A stretch of 64,000 bases of DNA, from NCBI GenBank assembly GCA_902516285.1, contig CABXXT010000006.1, positions 9,780 through 73,779 of the forward strand. The letters run 5' to 3'. Positions within the stretch are counted from its first letter, which is position 1, and each line of letters opens with the position of its first letter. Below the pieces are notes generated by a model. It saw only the letters and a program-made list of their open reading frames with translations. It was not told where the DNA came from and searched no databases. The position numbers and the translations under genes are program-made. Positions 52,658-62,972 of the stretch are shown in pieces. Origin of the DNA: an uncultured SAR86 cluster bacterium. Its GTDB lineage: Bacteria > Pseudomonadota > Gammaproteobacteria > Magnimaribacterales > D2472.

Positions 52658-53437
52658 CTACCTGAGGATTCCTCTTTCAGAAGCCTGAATTGACTTTATA
52701 AAATTTTCTATGTGACTATCCTGAGTTTGCTCATAAAGTAAACTCAACTCCTTAAGGGCTTCTTCAATTTTTAAATTTTTTCTATATACCAGTTTATAGG
52801 CTTTTTTGATATTGGTAATTGTGTCATTGCTAATATTTTTTCTTGACATTCCTACAGAATTTATCCCAACAACTCTAGCTGGGTCAGATGCTACTTTTAC
52901 GTATGCAGGAACATCCATTGTGATTGATGAATTCATACCTGCAAAACAAAAATCACCTAATTTACAATGCTGATGAACAGTTGTAATTCCACCAATAGAT
53001 ACATTACTTCCAACATGAACATGCCCAGCGAGCGCTGCAAGATTAGCAAAAACATTATCATTTCCAACTTTACAATCATGAGCAACATGGGCAAACGGCA
53101 TGAATAAATTGTTTGATCCTATGGTTGTTACTGACTCGTCTTGAGTTGTTCCCCGATGTATTGTGACTCCCTCTCTAAAAATATTATTATTACCAATAAT
53201 TAGTTTTGTTTTTTCTCCTTTAAACTTTTTATCAGGCGTATCATCTCCAATAGTTGAGAATTGATAAATACAATTATTTTTTCCAATTACTGTGGGTCCT
53301 TTAATGACGGCATGACTAATAATCTTTGAGCCACTTTCAATCTCAACATCCTCTCCAATTGAACAAAATGGACCAATTTTCACATCACTAGCAATTTTTG
53401 CCGAAGGATCAATAATTGATGTTGGATGAATACTCAT
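52658..53437 (-). CDS. lpxA: UDP-N-acetylglucosamine acyltransferase
   Basis: IHPTSII, hexapeptide repeats, REGVTIHRGT, HVAHDC, LAGHV, VHQ. Confidence 0.96.
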   Translation of the reverse strand: MSIHPTSIIDPSAKIASDVKIGPFCSIGEDVEIESGSKIISHAVIKGPTVIGKNNCIYQFSTIGDDTPDKKFKGEKTKLIIGNNNIFREGVTIHRGTTQDESVTTIGSNNLFMPFAHVAHDCKVGNDNVFANLAALAGHVHVGSNVSIGGITTVHQHCKLGDFCFAGMNSSITMDVPAYVKVASDPARVVGINSVGMSRKNISNDTITNIKKAYKLVYRKNLKIEEALKELSLLYEQTQDSHIENFIKSIQASERGILR

Positions 53438-53877
53438 AAAGCTTTCCTATCTGCACATAGTATAGTTGCTGAACAGACTATCTCATTATTAAGCTCAGCT
53501 TTGCAATCAAATTTCCATATTCCTCTTTTTTCATTTACAACTTTACTAAACAAATCTATTGTATCTCCTGGTCTTACCCTCTTTCTGAATCTAACTTTGT
53601 CGACGCCTGCCAAGACATATATGGATCCCTCCTCTGGAGTTTTATTCATTATTGTAAAACCTAAAATTCCTGAAGCTTGGCCTAATGCTTCAATAATTAT
53701 AACTCCTGGAAAGATTGGATTTCCTGGAAAATGACCTTTCAAAAAATATTCATCTGATTTTATTAATTTTCTAGCATGTATAGTTTCATTGTTATTTATC
53801 TCCACTACTTCATCTATAAAAAGAAACGGCTCTCTGTGTGGAAGATATTTTTTAATATCATCTTGATTAAGGATCAT
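53434..53877 (-). CDS. fabZ: 3-hydroxyacyl-ACP dehydratase FabZ
   Basis: LPHREPFLFID, GHFPGNPIFPGVIIIEALGQ, VRFRKRVRPGD. Confidence 0.97.
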   Translation of the reverse strand: MILNQDDIKKYLPHREPFLFIDEVVEINNNETIHARKLIKSDEYFLKGHFPGNPIFPGVIIIEALGQASGILGFTIMNKTPEEGSIYVLAGVDKVRFRKRVRPGDTIDLFSKVVNEKRGIWKFDCKAELNNEIVCSATILCADRKAL

Positions 53878-54810
53878 TTTTGACCCTTATTTTTTATAAA
53901 AATTGATGACTTAGCCCATTCATTATGTTTTTGAGCTGGCATAATTCCAATATATTCTCCGGGTTCATTAATATTTTTTTGTTATCAGCGTATGAGCTCC
54001 AACTTTTACATCATTGCAAATTTCAAGGTGTCCCAAAACACCAGATAGGCCTCCCATTTGAAAGTTTTCACCAATGACTGAAGATCCTGCAATCGCACAA
54101 CAAGCTGCAATGGCTGAATTTTTTTGAATTACTACATTATGTGCAATGTGTACTTGATTATCTAGAATAACTCCATCATGAATTTCAGTATTATCTATAG
54201 TGCCTCTATCAATAGTACAATTTGAACCAATATGAACATTATTACCGATTTTAAGACCGCCTAACTGCTCTATTTTTTCATATCCATTTTTTGATGATGC
54301 AAATCCAAAACCATCGGATCCTAATACAGAACCACAGTCAATATAAGCATTTGATCCTATTGAGACATTTTCAACTATCGAAACATTAGCATTAATAACA
54401 ACGCCTGAACCAATATTACAATTTGGACCAATAAAAATATTTGGGCCAATGTAAACATTTTTATCAATAACTGAGCTCTTATCAATTATGGCAGTTTCAT
54501 GTATGAATGGTAATTTTTTTGTTCTGCTTGTTTTGAATACCTTTGTTAGCTTGGCAAAAGCAAGGTATGGGTTTTCCGATATTAAAAAATTTTTGCCGTT
54601 TGATATCTCAGCGTTCTTTTCAACTATTACCGCATTTGCACTTGTTTTAGATAACAAATGATTGTACTTTTTGTTTGCTACAAAAGTTATTGATGTTTTA
54701 TTTGCACATTGAATTGTTGCAATGTTATCTACTAAATCATCGTTGCCAACTAGTTTTGACCCAGTAATAGATGCTAATTCTGATAACCTAAAGCTTTTGG
54801 GCTTCGACAC
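53874..54810 (-). CDS. lpxD: UDP-3-O-acyl-glucosamine N-acyltransferase LpxD, frameshifted at an A7 run (53974-53980)
   Basis: NPYLAFAK, GSDGFGFA, TIDRG, LDNQVHIAHNV; the ORF stops at 53968, but the C-terminus NINEPGEYIGIMPAQKHNEWAK continues in the shifted frame to TGA at 53874. Confidence 0.9.
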
Positions 54811-55346
54811 TACTCAGATTGTGATGTGGGCTCAACAGCAGCAACATCTAACATAGAAGTAACGTCATCTGTAAGATCTAAAGCAGGATCACTAAAAAGC
54901 ATAGTTTCATTTTTAGCCAATAGAACCTTAATTTGTTTTGCTGCAATTAGTTCACCTATGATCTTTTGCATTGCTGGACCACTTTCGGTGAATATTTTTT
55001 GGGCCGTTTCTTCTTGAGCTTGTTGAATTTTACCTGCTAAGAATTCTAAGTCTTTACCTTTATCTTGAATATCTTTTTGCATTTTTGCAATTTCTTCTTG
55101 AGATAAAGTATCTAAATCTTTTTGAAGTTTTTCTGCAATGGATTGTCTTTCAGCCTGCAATGCCTGTGCTTCCTCTAAATTAGAAGCATAATCATCATCT
55201 TCTTCAAGTGCTTTAAATGCATCTGCAGCAGATTGTGTTGACAGAACAGCTGTTCTCATGTCAATTACTGCTACGCCATCAATAGCAAATATTGGTGATG
55301 CAATAAAGATAAAAGATATCACATAAAATTTAATTATATTTTTCAT
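54810..55346 (-). CDS. skp: Periplasmic chaperone Skp/OmpH
   Basis: Signal peptide, VAVID, long coiled coil, DLTDDV; located between bamA and lpxD. Confidence 0.88.
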   Translation of the reverse strand: MKNIIKFYVISFIFIASPIFAIDGVAVIDMRTAVLSTQSAADAFKALEEDDDYASNLEEAQALQAERQSIAEKLQKDLDTLSQEEIAKMQKDIQDKGKDLEFLAGKIQQAQEETAQKIFTESGPAMQKIIGELIAAKQIKVLLAKNETMLFSDPALDLTDDVTSMLDVAAVEPTSQSE

Positions 55347-55381
55347 AAGTACCCCTCAATGGTTTGAATATTTTATATTAA

Positions 55382-57814
55382 CTAGAAAACATTTCCTACT
55401 GTAAATTGGAATTCTTCCGTTCTCTCTTGAGGACCTGCATTAGTTGGTTTTGCAATAGCAAGACTCATTGGACCAAAGCCTGTAATCCATGTAACTCCAA
55501 CACCATAAGAGTATCTTAAATCATCAATTGATGGTTTGTAGCAATTAAATTGATACTCCTTACAGTTATTTGAGAATACATTACCAAAATCAAAGAAAAA
55601 TGCTGATCGCAATGATCTTTGATCTTCTATGAATGGAAGTCTAAAAATTAACTGGAGACTTCCCTCAATTTTTACATTCCCACCAATAGGAGGATCTCTA
55701 TACCTTGATCTTGAAGAGTATTGATTTGTAGCATATGGATTATAGTAAGGCGTATCTGGTTCGCCATCTCCATCTGTATCAAGTAAATTTGGGCAAGTTC
55801 CTTCTTCATAATTAAATTCATAACAAGGAGCATTTGTACTTCTAGGCCCCAAAGTATTTGATTCGAAACCTCTTAGAGACCTTGGTCCACCAGCATAGAA
55901 ATTTTGGAAAAATGGAGTTTCCTCTGTTTCCCCATAAGCATCTAAATAACCTAATTCTCCTTGAAAGCCAAAAACTAATTGAGATGATAATGGTTGATAA
56001 AATCTTTGTCTGATATTTGCTCTATAGTAGTTAATGTCACTTCCAGGAATAGTTGAAGTTAATGTAAAGGAAGTAGATGATCCGTCAGTTGGAAAAAGTC
56101 CTCTGTTTAAAGTAACTCTTTGCCATGTAAATCCCAAAGATAAAGTTTCAAAGACATTTCCTTCTGCAGCGACAAAATCATATATTTCTCTTGCAGGTAA
56201 TGTGCCTATATCTATATCAGTCTTATCATATGTCAAATTAAAGTTTAATCTTGTGATATCAGATATTGGATATCCAAATTGCAAACCTAAACCATTTGAA
56301 TTGGTTAAATAATTTGCAACATTAAATTCTCCATAGTCAGTTTCTCTAAAGTAAAGGTTGTACCCAAGGCTGACGCCATCTTTTGTTGCATAGGGATCAA
56401 GAAATGAAATATTGTATACCTCGCTATAAATATTCTTATTAATGCCAATACCTACTGTATTTCCAGATCCAAAAAAGTTTTGCTCTTGTAAATTAAAACC
56501 AAGCATTAACCCAAAATCGCTATATCCAATGTTTCCGCCTAAGCTCCCTGTAGTCTCTTCTTCAACTTCATATAAGATATCAATCTGATCATCTGTTCCT
56601 GGAACTGGAATTGTCTCAACATTTACTTCTTTAAAATATCCTAGTCTCTCAAGTCTTATTTTTCCTGCTTCGATACTATCATCAGAGCTCCATGCTCCTT
56701 CAAATTGCCTCATCTCTCTTCTTAATACATGATCTTGAGTTACCTGGTTTCCTGTGAAAAGGATCTTTCGTGTATACGTTTTTTTTCCAGGCTCTATAGA
56801 AAAAACTAACTTTACGTTATTAGTATCTTGATCTACTTCAGGATCTCCAGATACTTCTGCAAATGCATAACCTCTGTTTCCTAAAACACTAGTAAAAAAT
56901 TCTTCAATACTTGTAATTGTTGCTTGAGAGTATGTTTTATCAATCAAACTATTTATTATTTCAAGATAAACATCCTCTTCAAATGGTATTTCTCCAATTA
57001 CATTAACATCATTTATAGTATATTTTTTACCCTCAAAAACATTAAAAGTAATAAAAATACTTTTTTTATCTCTTGAAAGACTAATTTGCGAAGACTCAAT
57101 TGAAAACTTTAGATATCCTCTATCTCTGTAAAATGATTCTAATGTTTCAATATCTCCTTGTAACTTTTCTCTCGAATATTGATTATCGTTTGATAAAAAA
57201 GAAAATAGGGATCCCTCAGATAGCTCAAAACCATTTAATATTTCTTCATTTGTAAAAATTTCATTCCCAATAATATTTATCTTTTCGATCTTTGCACTAT
57301 TTCCTTCATCAACCTCAATAAAAATTTCAACTCTATTTCTTGGTTTAATAACTTCTTCGATATCAACGTTTGCGCCATATCTTCCATTTGAAGAATACGA
57401 CCTTACTAATTCTGATTTAACTTTCTCTAGCGTTGATCTTTTGTATACTTCTCCTTCTTTAATACCTACCCCGTCAAGACTTTCTAAAAGTTGTTCTGTC
57501 TTTAAAGCTTGATTGCCTGAAATATCAATTGAAGTTATTGAGGGTCTCTCAACAACACTTATTATAAGCGTGCTGCCATCTTTTCCAATTTGTATATCGT
57601 CAAATTGTTCAGTAGCAAATAAAGACTTAACAATATCATTAGATTTCCTTAAATTAATTTTATCCCCAACACTAATTGGTATAACATTAAAGATACTTCC
57701 TGTTGATACCCTTTGTAAGCCTATTATTCTTATATCACCTACGAGAAACTCATCAAATGCCGATAATTGAAAGCTCAAAATAAAAACAAGTATAGAAAGA
57801 CTGAATTTTTTCAT
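55382..57814 (-). CDS. bamA: Outer membrane protein assembly factor BamA
   Basis: POTRA repeats (GLQRV, LRREMRQ), FYAGG-SLRGF loop-6 motif, C-terminal FQFTVGNVF. Confidence 0.97.
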   Translation of the reverse strand: MKKFSLSILVFILSFQLSAFDEFLVGDIRIIGLQRVSTGSIFNVIPISVGDKINLRKSNDIVKSLFATEQFDDIQIGKDGSTLIISVVERPSITSIDISGNQALKTEQLLESLDGVGIKEGEVYKRSTLEKVKSELVRSYSSNGRYGANVDIEEVIKPRNRVEIFIEVDEGNSAKIEKINIIGNEIFTNEEILNGFELSEGSLFSFLSNDNQYSREKLQGDIETLESFYRDRGYLKFSIESSQISLSRDKKSIFITFNVFEGKKYTINDVNVIGEIPFEEDVYLEIINSLIDKTYSQATITSIEEFFTSVLGNRGYAFAEVSGDPEVDQDTNNVKLVFSIEPGKKTYTRKILFTGNQVTQDHVLRREMRQFEGAWSSDDSIEAGKIRLERLGYFKEVNVETIPVPGTDDQIDILYEVEEETTGSLGGNIGYSDFGLMLGFNLQEQNFFGSGNTVGIGINKNIYSEVYNISFLDPYATKDGVSLGYNLYFRETDYGEFNVANYLTNSNGLGLQFGYPISDITRLNFNLTYDKTDIDIGTLPAREIYDFVAAEGNVFETLSLGFTWQRVTLNRGLFPTDGSSTSFTLTSTIPGSDINYYRANIRQRFYQPLSSQLVFGFQGELGYLDAYGETEETPFFQNFYAGGPRSLRGFESNTLGPRSTNAPCYEFNYEEGTCPNLLDTDGDGEPDTPYYNPYATNQYSSRSRYRDPPIGGNVKIEGSLQLIFRLPFIEDQRSLRSAFFFDFGNVFSNNCKEYQFNCYKPSIDDLRYSYGVGVTWITGFGPMSLAIAKPTNAGPQERTEEFQFTVGNVF

Positions 57815-57819
57815 TTTAT

Positions 57820-59181
57820 TTAGAGAAATCTTGCAACATCATTAAAAATTGCAAAAATCATCAACATACCAACAAGAACTGTGCCACCAGCATAAATAAA
57901 ATTTTCCGCTTTTTCTGGTAATGGTTTTCCTCTTATCGCCTCAATACCAAGTAAAGTTAGTTGACCTCCATCAAGAACCGGTATTGGCAGCAAATTAATT
58001 ACAGCTAAACTTATGCTTAAAAGTGCCATAAGATACATAAATGGTAAAAATCCTGCTTGTGCAGTATTGCCTGCCATTTGGGCAATACCAATGGGCCCAC
58101 TTAAGTTTTCTGTTCCCATATTTCCAGTCAACATTTTTCCTATAAACTGAAGTGTTTTAAGGCTTAGATTATATGTTTCATAGGTTCCTTTAGATAAGGA
58201 TTGCATAAAAGTTCTAGAGGTTCCAAAAGAAACACCTAGTATTCCTTTATTCTCCAGTTCTTTTGATACAGAGCCAATATCAACATATAAACTTAAGTTC
58301 TGACCATCTCTTTGAACATAAAAGATCATAGTTTTATTAGGATTTAAAGATACAATTGATCTGATATCACTTGCGAAATTTATATTACTTTCATCTATTT
58401 TCAAAATTAAGTCATTTGCAACAATATTCGCTTTATCTGCAGCGCCACCAGGAATTACATTTCCAATAATTGGCTGCATTTCATATCTAAGATCAATGCC
58501 TATATGATCTGAGGGATTCTCTTGTGATTCAGAGGTAGGAAGGAAATCACTCACATATATAGATATATTCTCAAATTCATTAGTATTTAGTCTTTTTACT
58601 TTAAAATTTAACACACCTGAATATCCTGCATATGTTAAAAGCTCTAAACTAATATCTTTTGCATCTGAAACTCTTACATCATTAATTTCAATAATCTGAT
58701 CACCAGGTTTGAAAAAAACCTGGTTAGAGTAATTGATGGATTCTTTTCGAACTTCATTAACCACCACCAAAGTTTGAGGATCTGGTGTATTCAAAAAGAT
58801 TGTTGTGAAGATAAAAATAGATAAAAGAAAGTTTGCAAGAGGTCCAGCAACCATAATACAAGCTCTTTGCCACTTAGGTCTTGAATCAAAGGTCATTTTC
58901 AATTGATCTTCTGATAATTGATTTTTGATGTCTGGTTCAAGTTCAATAAGCTTATTGGTGATCATCGACACATAACCACCGAGTGGGATTGCAGATAATG
59001 CAAACTCTGTGCCATGTTTATCATATTTTTTATAAAAAACAGGCCCCATACCAATAGAGAATCTTTGAACATAAACATTGCACATTCTTGCAACAATGAA
59101 ATGTCCAAACTCATGAATAGTAACAAGAACACCAAGAAGAACCGCAAAGGCTAAAATGTATATTAAATATGTCATAAGCAA
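57820..59181 (-). CDS. rseP: RIP metalloprotease RseP
   Basis: HEFGH, PLGGYV, AGPLAN, two PDZ domains, NLLPIPVLDGG. Confidence 0.96.
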   Translation of the reverse strand: MLMTYLIYILAFAVLLGVLVTIHEFGHFIVARMCNVYVQRFSIGMGPVFYKKYDKHGTEFALSAIPLGGYVSMITNKLIELEPDIKNQLSEDQLKMTFDSRPKWQRACIMVAGPLANFLLSIFIFTTIFLNTPDPQTLVVVNEVRKESINYSNQVFFKPGDQIIEINDVRVSDAKDISLELLTYAGYSGVLNFKVKRLNTNEFENISIYVSDFLPTSESQENPSDHIGIDLRYEMQPIIGNVIPGGAADKANIVANDLILKIDESNINFASDIRSIVSLNPNKTMIFYVQRDGQNLSLYVDIGSVSKELENKGILGVSFGTSRTFMQSLSKGTYETYNLSLKTLQFIGKMLTGNMGTENLSGPIGIAQMAGNTAQAGFLPFMYLMALLSISLAVINLLPIPVLDGGQLTLLGIEAIRGKPLPEKAENFIYAGGTVLVGMLMIFAIFNDVARFL

Positions 59182-59187
59182 ATTATT

Positions 59188-60336
59188 TTAAGCAATCGAT
59201 TTTACCACCTTCTTCGCTTCAATGCGTGTCTCTTTATCAACAGAGTATATAGAATCAATTGACAAATCATTAGACATTATATTTTTATCAAAAGTTCGAT
59301 AAATAACCTCATAAATTTTGTCAAAATTTATTCTTCCATTCAAAAATTCTTCCACTGCTATTTCATTAGCAGCATTAAAAACAGTTCCAAGAAATCCTCC
59401 TTTATTGCATACCTCTCTGGCAATATTTTCAATATTTGATCTATCTTCTGGGAACTCTTGAAAGCTTAGGTTTAAAGAAGAAAATTCTATTGGATTAAAA
59501 TCAATAGCAAGTCTTCTGCCTTCAGATAAAGCATGTGCTATTGGAACTTTCATATCAGGCATCGAAAGTTGACAAATACTAGACCCATCTAAAAAAGTAA
59601 CTATTGAGTGAATAATACTTTGAGGATGTATTACAAGATCAAAAAATTTTTCTTCTAAATCAAATAAGTATTTGGCCTCAATCAATTCTAAACACTTGTT
59701 TACTAATGTTGCAGAATCAATTGTAATTTTTGATCCCATTTTCCAATTTGGATGATTAAGCGCTTCATTCACAGTGACCCTCTTTAGCTCAGAAATTGTT
59801 TTATTTAAAAAAGGGCCTCCTGACGCAGTTATGATAATTTTTTTAACATCTTTTGTGCCATTCTCACCTGATAGGCATTGAAAAATTGCATTATGTTCGC
59901 TGTCTATTGGAATAATTTCAGTATTATTTTTGTTAGCAATTGGTAAAATTATGTCTCCTCCTGCAACAACACTTTCTTTGTTTGCTAATAAGATTTTTTT
60001 TCCAGAACTCGCTGCCATGAAAGTTGTTTTTAATCCTGAAAAGCCTGATATCGCTGAAATAATAATATCAACATCTTTATGATTGATTAGATCATCAAGC
60101 TCATCATCATTGTTTAATAAAGAAATATCTTTTGATATCTTGTATTTTTGAAAACAACTTTTATCATGTATGAACACATATTTAGGTGAAAATTCATTTA
60201 TTATTTTGTTACATTTTTCAACGTTATTATTTATTGATATTCCAAATAAATTAAAGTCATTTCTATTTTGATCAATAACCTTAAGAGCACTTTTACCTAT
60301 ACTGCCAGTGGCGCCTAATAAGAGTATATTTTTCAT
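59188..60336 (-). CDS. dxr: 1-deoxy-D-xylulose 5-phosphate reductoisomerase
   Basis: LGATGSIG, LANKES, PIDSEH, TASGGPF, HPNWKMG-KITIDSAT, NAANE. Confidence 0.97.
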   Translation of the reverse strand: MKNILLLGATGSIGKSALKVIDQNRNDFNLFGISINNNVEKCNKIINEFSPKYVFIHDKSCFQKYKISKDISLLNNDDELDDLINHKDVDIIISAISGFSGLKTTFMAASSGKKILLANKESVVAGGDIILPIANKNNTEIIPIDSEHNAIFQCLSGENGTKDVKKIIITASGGPFLNKTISELKRVTVNEALNHPNWKMGSKITIDSATLVNKCLELIEAKYLFDLEEKFFDLVIHPQSIIHSIVTFLDGSSICQLSMPDMKVPIAHALSEGRRLAIDFNPIEFSSLNLSFQEFPEDRSNIENIAREVCNKGGFLGTVFNAANEIAVEEFLNGRINFDKIYEVIYRTFDKNIMSNDLSIDSIYSVDKETRIEAKKVVKSIA

Positions 60337-60980
60337 ATAATTAAAATAAAAAATATAACTGCAATTGGTGTTGCAATTAGATGAGAATCAAGTCTGTCTA
60401 AAATACCTCCATGACCTGGGAGGATCGATCCTGTATCTTTAATACCATTTTTTCTTTTCAAATAACTTATATAAATATCACCTATAAAAGCAAAGAAACT
60501 GCTTACAACAAAAGTTATTATCAACAAGCTTGAAAACTCAAAATATTTAAAAAGGATAAAACCATATAGTAAAGAAAAAAATAATCCTCCTAGCAATCCT
60601 TCTAAAGTTTTGTTTGGACTAATCTTTTTAGTTATTCTTATTTTGCCATATCTTGATCCAACTAAATATGCAAAAGAATCATATATTGATGTATTAAGAA
60701 TTATTAATAGAAAAATAATATATGAACTCACGTTAGGAACTACTTGTGTATTTACAAATAATATACAAGAAATAAGAAAGTTAATTATCAATAAAATACC
60801 AAAAAATAAATGTTTTAAATTATTTGTTACCCATTCATATACTGCAAAAATACATAAAAATGATAATGCAATTGAAAATATCCAGATATTTTCAATAAAC
60901 ACTATAAAAATAATCGGAAATATTAATGCAACTGCAGTTTTAGATCTTCTTAGTAAAATTAGATTATATTCTCTTTCCAA
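60333..60980 (-). CDS. cdsA: Phosphatidate cytidylyltransferase (start uncertain)
   Basis: DSFAYLVG, ISPNKTLEG, KRKNGIKDTGSILPGHGGILDRLDS; nearest plausible start is TTG at 60980. Confidence 0.9.
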   Translation of the reverse strand: MEREYNLILLRRSKTAVALIFPIIFIVFIENIWIFSIALSFLCIFAVYEWVTNNLKHLFFGILLIINFLISCILFVNTQVVPNVSSYIIFLLIILNTSIYDSFAYLVGSRYGKIRITKKISPNKTLEGLLGGLFFSLLYGFILFKYFEFSSLLIITFVVSSFFAFIGDIYISYLKRKNGIKDTGSILPGHGGILDRLDSHLIATPIAVIFFILII

Positions 60981-61689
60981 ACCTTCGACTCGCTTTTTTA
61001 AATGTACGCAAACAATTTTTATAATCTTCAACACTAAAATCAGGCCAAAACTTATCAATAAACATTATTTCTGCATATGCTATTTGAAATAGTAGAAAAT
61101 TGCTCACTCTTTTGTCACCACCTGTTCTAATTAAAAGATCAATATCTCCAACAGGTACCATCGAAAATTTCTCTATAGTCTTCTTGTCAATATCATTTGC
61201 TTTTAATTTTTTAGACAGAATCTGATTTGAAACATTTCTAACAATTTCAATGATATCTTGCTGACCGCCGTAACCAAGAGCAACATTAAGATCCAGTCTG
61301 CTATTTTTACAATTAGTTTCACTCTCAACTTTTGATATCTTATTTACAATTTTTTCTCCAAAATTGTCTATATCTCCAAAAAACCTTAGTTTCACTTTTT
61401 GCTCTTTTAGCTCTTGTGACTGATCATCAATAGCATTAATTATTAACTTTTTTATTGCATTAATTTCTGTTTTTGGTCTTTTCCAATTTTCAGAGCTAAA
61501 CGCATATAAAGTTAGAGACTTTATATCTTGTTTTACCGATTCTTCAACAATTTTTCTTACTACATTGACACCTCTCTTATGTCCTTCACTCACTTTAAAA
61601 GAATTTTTAAGAGCCCATCTTCCGTTGCCATCCATTATGATGCCAACATTTTTTAGTAAATTATTATTTTGTTTAATTAGCTTAGCCAT
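60964..61689 (-). CDS. uppS: Undecaprenyl diphosphate synthase
   Basis: IIMDGNGRWA, YAFSSENWKRP, DLLIRTGG-RVSNFLL, WPDF, RRFG. Confidence 0.97.
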   Translation of the reverse strand: MAKLIKQNNNLLKNVGIIMDGNGRWALKNSFKVSEGHKRGVNVVRKIVEESVKQDIKSLTLYAFSSENWKRPKTEINAIKKLIINAIDDQSQELKEQKVKLRFFGDIDNFGEKIVNKISKVESETNCKNSRLDLNVALGYGGQQDIIEIVRNVSNQILSKKLKANDIDKKTIEKFSMVPVGDIDLLIRTGGDKRVSNFLLFQIAYAEIMFIDKFWPDFSVEDYKNCLRTFKKASRRFGKRI

Positions 61690-61699
61690 AATTGGCTGA

Positions 61700-62254
61700 C
61701 TAGATTTCAAGTAGATCAGATTCTTTATTTTTTAATTCTGAATCAACTAAAGATATAAATTTATCAGTTTCCTTTTGAATTAGATCTCCTATTCCCCTAA
61801 GCTCATCCTCAGATATTTCAGATGATTGTTGTTTTTCCTTTGCTGTTTGATTTGCATCTCTTCTGATATTTCTTATAGATACTCTTGAGTTTTCTGCCTC
61901 AGACCTGGCTTGCTTGATATAGTCCTGCCTTGTTTCTTCAGTCAAAGCTGGCATTGTTACTCTTATCAAGTCTGAACTTGTGCTTGGATTCAAGCCCAGA
62001 TCTGAACTTAATATAGCTTTTTCGATTTCTGGAATCATTGTTTTATCCCACGGAGAAATTACCAAAGATCTCCCCTCCTCAACACTAATATTTGAAGTTT
62101 GATTTAGTGGAGTTTGATTTCCATAATAATCAATTGTTACATTATCCAACAATGAGGGATTTGCTCTTCCTGTTCTAATTTTATTAAACGCATTTTTTAA
62201 GGCTGTCAGAGACTTCTCCATTTTTGTGGAGACATCTTGTATTAAGTTTTCCAT
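61700..62254 (-). CDS. frr: Ribosome recycling factor
   Basis: IRTGRANP, DYYG, DLGLNP, PALTEETR, IRNIRRD. Confidence 0.97.
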   Translation of the reverse strand: MENLIQDVSTKMEKSLTALKNAFNKIRTGRANPSLLDNVTIDYYGNQTPLNQTSNISVEEGRSLVISPWDKTMIPEIEKAILSSDLGLNPSTSSDLIRVTMPALTEETRQDYIKQARSEAENSRVSIRNIRRDANQTAKEKQQSSEISEDELRGIGDLIQKETDKFISLVDSELKNKESDLLEI

Positions 62255-62255
62255 T

Positions 62256-62969
62256 TTATGATATAAGTGTACCTATTTTTTCTCCACAAATAATACTTTT
62301 TAAAGCATGTGTTTTGTTAACATTAAAAACATTTATTGGAACATTATGATCTCTAGCTAAGGTTAAAGCAGTAGCATCCATGACTTTTAAATTTTTTGAA
62401 ATAGCATCATCAAATGATAATGAATCAAAAAAGTTAGCATTTTTATTAATTTCAGGGTCAGAATCATAGACTCCATCAACCCTTGTTGCTTTGAGCATTA
62501 AGTTTGCTTGTATTTCAATTGCTCTAAGACATCCAGCAGTATCGGTGGTAAAGAATGGGTTTCCAGTACCTGCTGTAAAAATAACAACGTATCCATCTGA
62601 TAATAGCTGAATGGCTAATCTTCTGTCATAGTGCTCTACAATTCCAGACATAGAGATTGCAGACATTACTCTAGTTTTAATACCAGCTCTTTCTAGTGAA
62701 TCTCTTAAGGCAATTCCGTTCATAACTGTTGCTAACATTCCCATGTGGTCACCAGCTACTCTATCCATTCCTGCCTCGTTAAGTTTCTCACCCCTGAAAA
62801 GATTACCACCACCAATGACAACACCTATTTCAGCACCAATATCACTGCAAGATTTAACAGATGATGCCATTTCATCTAATATTTTTGGATCTATTCCATG
62901 ATCGTCATTACCAGCAACAGATTCTCCACTAAACTTAATGAGGATTCTTTTATGCTTTAGTTCAGACAT
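62256..62969 (-). CDS. pyrH: Uridylate kinase
   Basis: [40 protein letters not shown]. Confidence 0.97.
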   Translation of the reverse strand: MSELKHKRILIKFSGESVAGNDDHGIDPKILDEMASSVKSCSDIGAEIGVVIGGGNLFRGEKLNEAGMDRVAGDHMGMLATVMNGIALRDSLERAGIKTRVMSAISMSGIVEHYDRRLAIQLLSDGYVVIFTAGTGNPFFTTDTAGCLRAIEIQANLMLKATRVDGVYDSDPEINKNANFFDSLSFDDAISKNLKVMDATALTLARDHNVPINVFNVNKTHALKSIICGEKIGTLIS

Positions 62970-62972
62970 GAT

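Noticed and set aside
60610-61092. 160-aa plus-strand ORF
   Set aside because: Antisense to cdsA and uppS, with no recognisable motifs
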